A program made the position numbers and the translations under genes. A stretch of DNA of 63,071 bases, the filler included. It is 4 parts of 4 records of this genome, joined end to end, with 100 filler letters (N's around TTAATTAATTAA, not from the genome) between each part and the next. Parts side by side here need not be neighbours in the genome. Positions count along the whole stretch, not along the records: positions 57,647 to 63,071 come from SRR20825006_1034; 3 more parts are not named here. One strand, 5' to 3'. Below are positions 59,424 to 63,071 of the stretch, piece after piece. Each line of letters starts with the position of its first letter. The stretch's first letter is position 1. The notes beneath the pieces are model-generated. The model was not told the origin of the DNA. It saw only the letters and a list, made by a program, of their open reading frames with translations, and made no database searches.

Positions 59424-60278
59424 TTACTTATAAGAGTAAAACCCTTCGCCCGTTTTGTTGCCAAGCTTACCGGCATCAACCATTTTTACAAGTAATGGAG
59501 ATGGGCGATATTTAGGATCTTTAAACCCTTCGTATAGTACGTTTAAAATATCTAGGCACACATCCAATCCAATAAAATCAGCTAAACGAAGTGGCCCCAT
59601 TGGATGCGCCATTCCTAACATCATCACTTCATCTACATTTCCAGGAGTTGCAACGCCTTCCGATACACAGAAAATTGCTTCGTTAATCATCGGCATTAGC
59701 ACTCTGTTACTCACAAAACCAGGGAAGTCATTCACTGGAACTGGAACTTTGTTTAGTCGTTTGGATGTCTCTTCAACAATTTGGTAAGCACTGTCGCTAG
59801 TTTCTAAGCCACGTACAATTTCAACCAATTTCATTAATGGCACTGGATTGAAAAAGTGCATTCCAATAAAGCTCTCCGGACGTTTAGTGAGCGAGGCCAA
59901 CTTAGTTATAGAAATTGAAGATGTGTTAGAGCCTAAAATAGCGTGTGCCGGAGCATTTGCATCCACAGCGGTCCAAACGGCTTTCTTTATTTCGATATTT
60001 TCAGGAACAGCTTCTATTACCAAATCTGCGTCTTTAACTCCTGAAGCGATATCTAAATGTAGTGTGATGTTTAACAGTGTAGCCGTCTTCTTTGCCTCGT
60101 CAATCTTCTCTTTGGCAAGCATACGATCCAAATTCTTAGTAATGGTTGCTAGGGCTCGGTCTCCAAATTCCTGTTTTGTTTCAATGAGATTTACTTCAAA
60201 ATCATTCATGGCAAAAACATGGGCAATACCATTTCCCATAGTTCCACCACCAATAACCGCTACTTTTTTAATAGACAT
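59424..60278 (-). CDS. hbd: 3-hydroxybutyryl-CoA dehydrogenase
   Basis: GGGTMGNGIA, EAVPE, SNTSSISIT, GMHFFNP, PGFVSNR, HPMGPL.LAD.IGLD, GKLG.KTGEGFY. Confidence 0.92.
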   Translation of the reverse strand: MSIKKVAVIGGGTMGNGIAHVFAMNDFEVNLIETKQEFGDRALATITKNLDRMLAKEKIDEAKKTATLLNITLHLDIASGVKDADLVIEAVPENIEIKKAVWTAVDANAPAHAILGSNTSSISITKLASLTKRPESFIGMHFFNPVPLMKLVEIVRGLETSDSAYQIVEETSKRLNKVPVPVNDFPGFVSNRVLMPMINEAIFCVSEGVATPGNVDEVMMLGMAHPMGPLRLADFIGLDVCLDILNVLYEGFKDPKYRPSPLLVKMVDAGKLGNKTGEGFYSYK

Positions 60279-60509
60279 TACACTGTATTTATAAAGATTG
60301 AAATTCTTCGTTAATATAAAAAAATTGGAAGCGCTTTTTAACGCTAAATAACACTATCAGATGATTTCTAAGATTGTTATTTTTAGTTTAAAAATACTAG
60401 TTATTCATTCCACAAACTGAAAAATTTGGTTTAAAAATTCTGCCATCAATTTGTCTTTCAGTTTCTACTTTATTCCTTTAGCTTTAGCCTCCATTTAGGT
60501 TCTTAATAC

Positions 60510-62960
60510 ATGAAAACATTTTCCAAGCTATTACTCTTTTTCTTAATCCTTTTTATCGGTTTTGTAGGTCTCGCTTTTTACTGGACATTCTACAAACCCC
60601 TGCCTAATTACGAGTCTAACATTGCACTACAACAGCTACAGCAGCCCGTTGATATACATTGGGATGAATTTGGTGTGCCTCATATTTACTCCAACAATCA
60701 AGCTGACCTCTATTTTGCGTTAGGCTATGTGCATGCTCAAGACCGACTTTGGCAAATGACGCTCTCTCAAATTGCAGCAGAAGGTCGTTTTGCTGAATTT
60801 TTTGGAGAAGATTTGATTGAACTTGATAAATATCAGCGTACACTTGGTTTTTGGAAAATAGCTCAGCGTTTAGAAAAGGAAGCTTTGAACAATGAAGAGC
60901 GTGATATATTGCAATCCTATTCAGATGGTGTGAACTCTTTTATTGATGAAAATTCCAATAAATTACCTATTGAATTTGCTCTTACTGGAATTGAACCTAT
61001 ACGCTGGAATCCAACTCGTTCGCTCGCTATTGTTCGTTTAATGGCTTGGGATTTAAATTTAAGCTGGTGGACAGAACTTACGTATAGTTATCTAAAAGCT
61101 AATCTGCCTGCCGAAAAGTTTGAAGAGTTAGCGCTCAGAGTTCCAGAAGATTCCCCCACTACTTTAGATGATAATGAGTCTATCAAATTAACAGCTTCAA
61201 TGTTTCCAATGTTGGAACAAGAGTTGAGCCGTAGAAAGCTAATGCAAAGTGAGGGAACACATGTAGGAAGTAATGCTTGGGTCGTTGATGCTTCCAAAAC
61301 AACTACAGGATATCCACTTCTAGCTGGCGATCCTCATCTCGGTTTAGATATGCCTGGAAAATGGTACGAAGTCCATTTAAACCTCGATGGAAGGAACGTT
61401 TCAGGGGCAACACTTGCTGGAGTTCCTGGTATTGTTTTGGGCCAAAATGATGAGATGGCTTGGTCGTTCACTAATATTATGGCCGACGACACTGACTTCT
61501 TCTTAGAAAAAATTGATCCTGAAGACCGCGGGCGTTATGTAACAGATTCGCTCCAAATGGGCAGTGTTGCTTACCAACCATTTATGAAAAGTAGGGAAAT
61601 CATAAAGGTTAAAGACAAAGACGATGAGGTATTAGAAATCCGCTACACTAAACATGGTCCGGTAATCTCAGATATTTATCCCAATGTAAAACTAGCAGAT
61701 GAACAAGTAATTACCATGCGTTGGACTGGGCAGGATGTCACCAACGAATTTAGAGCTTTGTATCAGATAAATTGGGCAGAAAATTTCCAAGATTTTAAAG
61801 ACGCACTTCCCAATTTTGGCGTACCTGGGCAGAATTTCATGTATGCTGATATTGAAGGAAACATAGCTATGTTTTCGACAGGACATCTTCCCATCCGTTC
61901 TGGCAATAAAATTTTAGTAAGGAAAGGTTGGGATCCATCTCAAGATTGGCAAGGTTATATTCCAAATGAGGAAATGCCGCATGTGATAAATCCAGATAAA
62001 GGTTGGATTGCTAACGCGAATAATAAACTCACCACGGATAACTATAAATATTATATCGCCTCGTTTTGGGAGCCGCCATCCAGGATTGAGAGAATTAGTG
62101 AGTTTCTAAACCAGCACGACAAGCTAACACCAGAACTTTTTGCGGAACTTCAAAACGATTCATATTCCAAGTTTGCTGAAAAAGTGGTTCCTATTGTGCT
62201 CGATGTGATTGCCTCTCAACAGATTTACAACTTTGATGATGCGGTTTCATACCTAGCAAACTGGGATTTTAAGTATGAAAAAAATGCTACCGCAGCTTCT
62301 ATTTTTGACGTTTTTATACTGAAGCTTACTGAGAACACTTTACACGACGAGTTTGGTGACGAGGTCTACCAAAACTTTATTCATCATGAAAATATTCCTA
62401 TCCGCACAATCACAGAGCTACTTCAAGATAGCAGTGCTTTTTTCGATAATGTGGAAACTCCTGAAGTTGAAACTAAAGCCGACATCGTTCTAAAAAGCAT
62501 GCAAGATGCGCTGTTATTTTTAAGTGACTCATTAGGCCAAGAACCACCCGAATGGCGATGGGAGCAACTTCATACTATCACTTTTGAACCACCACTCTTT
62601 GCACAGGCAGCACAAGATTCTAACGCATCAAAAAGCTTAAAGCTCATTGTAAATAACTTATTAAGTACTGGCCCATTTCCCGTTGTTGGGCATGGGATGT
62701 CGGTTAATAACGGCCAATACAGTTGGGAGAAACCGTATAACATGGTGCTAGGTGCCTCCATCCGTAGGATTGTAGACCTTTCGGATTTAAGTAGTACGCA
62801 ATCTGTTATCCCAACAGGGCAATCTGCGAGTCCTCTCTCCGATCACTTCGGCGATCAAACAGAACTCTGGTTAAATGGACAGTATCGTACTTTTTATCAA
62901 GACAGTGCTTTTTTCAATAACACAAAAATGAAAAGCATGAAGTTAGTGCCGAAGGAATAG
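60510..62960 (+). CDS. Penicillin acylase / AHL-acylase family Ntn hydrolase (peptidase S45)
   Basis: N-terminal TM/signal, GVPHIY, GYVHAQDRLWQM, G/SNAWVV nucleophile, LAGDPHL, HGPVIS, ANANN. Confidence 0.93.
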   Translation: MKTFSKLLLFFLILFIGFVGLAFYWTFYKPLPNYESNIALQQLQQPVDIHWDEFGVPHIYSNNQADLYFALGYVHAQDRLWQMTLSQIAAEGRFAEFFGEDLIELDKYQRTLGFWKIAQRLEKEALNNEERDILQSYSDGVNSFIDENSNKLPIEFALTGIEPIRWNPTRSLAIVRLMAWDLNLSWWTELTYSYLKANLPAEKFEELALRVPEDSPTTLDDNESIKLTASMFPMLEQELSRRKLMQSEGTHVGSNAWVVDASKTTTGYPLLAGDPHLGLDMPGKWYEVHLNLDGRNVSGATLAGVPGIVLGQNDEMAWSFTNIMADDTDFFLEKIDPEDRGRYVTDSLQMGSVAYQPFMKSREIIKVKDKDDEVLEIRYTKHGPVISDIYPNVKLADEQVITMRWTGQDVTNEFRALYQINWAENFQDFKDALPNFGVPGQNFMYADIEGNIAMFSTGHLPIRSGNKILVRKGWDPSQDWQGYIPNEEMPHVINPDKGWIANANNKLTTDNYKYYIASFWEPPSRIERISEFLNQHDKLTPELFAELQNDSYSKFAEKVVPIVLDVIASQQIYNFDDAVSYLANWDFKYEKNATAASIFDVFILKLTENTLHDEFGDEVYQNFIHHENIPIRTITELLQDSSAFFDNVETPEVETKADIVLKSMQDALLFLSDSLGQEPPEWRWEQLHTITFEPPLFAQAAQDSNASKSLKLIVNNLLSTGPFPVVGHGMSVNNGQYSWEKPYNMVLGASIRRIVDLSDLSSTQSVIPTGQSASPLSDHFGDQTELWLNGQYRTFYQDSAFFNNTKMKSMKLVPKE

Positions 62961-63071
62961 AATCATCTTTGATTGTTTATTGAGGTACTACCCAATAATA
63001 ATTTTTACTCCTAGTCTAAACTCAGCTATCACCTGCAATAACTATCCGTACCGTTACATTATTTCAGTGTT

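Noticed and set aside
60510-62960. Quorum-quenching or beta-lactam resistance role for the acylase
   Set aside because: Substrate cannot be read from the motifs and there is no supporting context.

Overview
The window is not one locus. It holds four assembly fragments joined by three artificial 100-nt spacers (44 N + TTAATTAATTAA + 44 N at 24234-24333, 46436-46535 and 57547-57646). Fragments 1 (1-24233) and 2 (24334-46435) are AT-rich Flavobacteriaceae-type DNA with Bacteroidota TAnnTTTG promoters. Fragment 1 carries aconitase (partial), a three-foldase + MoxR operon, mnmA, guaA, a PIG-B/Alg9-like membrane glycosyltransferase, bshC, an M14 peptidase and a truncated giant repeat surface protein. 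Fragment 2 carries a TonB receptor locus, a TPR-kinase/LytTR two-component pair, serA/serC, an acyl-CoA reductase/ferredoxin pair, a GH92-glycosylasparaginase-MFS operon and a second TonB receptor. Fragment 3 (46536-57546) is clearly GC-richer gammaproteobacterial DNA (pstA-pstB-phoU-ppx, an OprC-like TonB receptor, a DsbD_2-type membrane protein, an atypical sigma54-type regulator, thyA, radC, miaB). Fragment 4 (57647-63071) is of intermediate GC (rmuC, 3-hydroxybutyryl-CoA dehydrogenase, penicillin acylase family). No rRNA, tRNA, CRISPR array or transposase was seen. Best leads: (1) an unannotated ~80-nt candidate sRNA directly behind the LytTR regulator, with a direct-repeat + promoter architecture that recurs at identical spacing upstream of the kinase; (2) a His/Cys-rich leader protein ending in RGPP plus a downstream hairpin in front of a TonB receptor and surface lipoprotein, a candidate metal-sensing ribosome-arrest switch; (3) a glycosyltransferase that must start at a non-canonical CTG/ATT codon; (4) an OprC-like receptor with Cys replaced by Gly, divergent from a GAFTGA-less regulator across a perfect 16-bp palindrome. 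All family assignments come from motif recognition by eye; no database searches were run.
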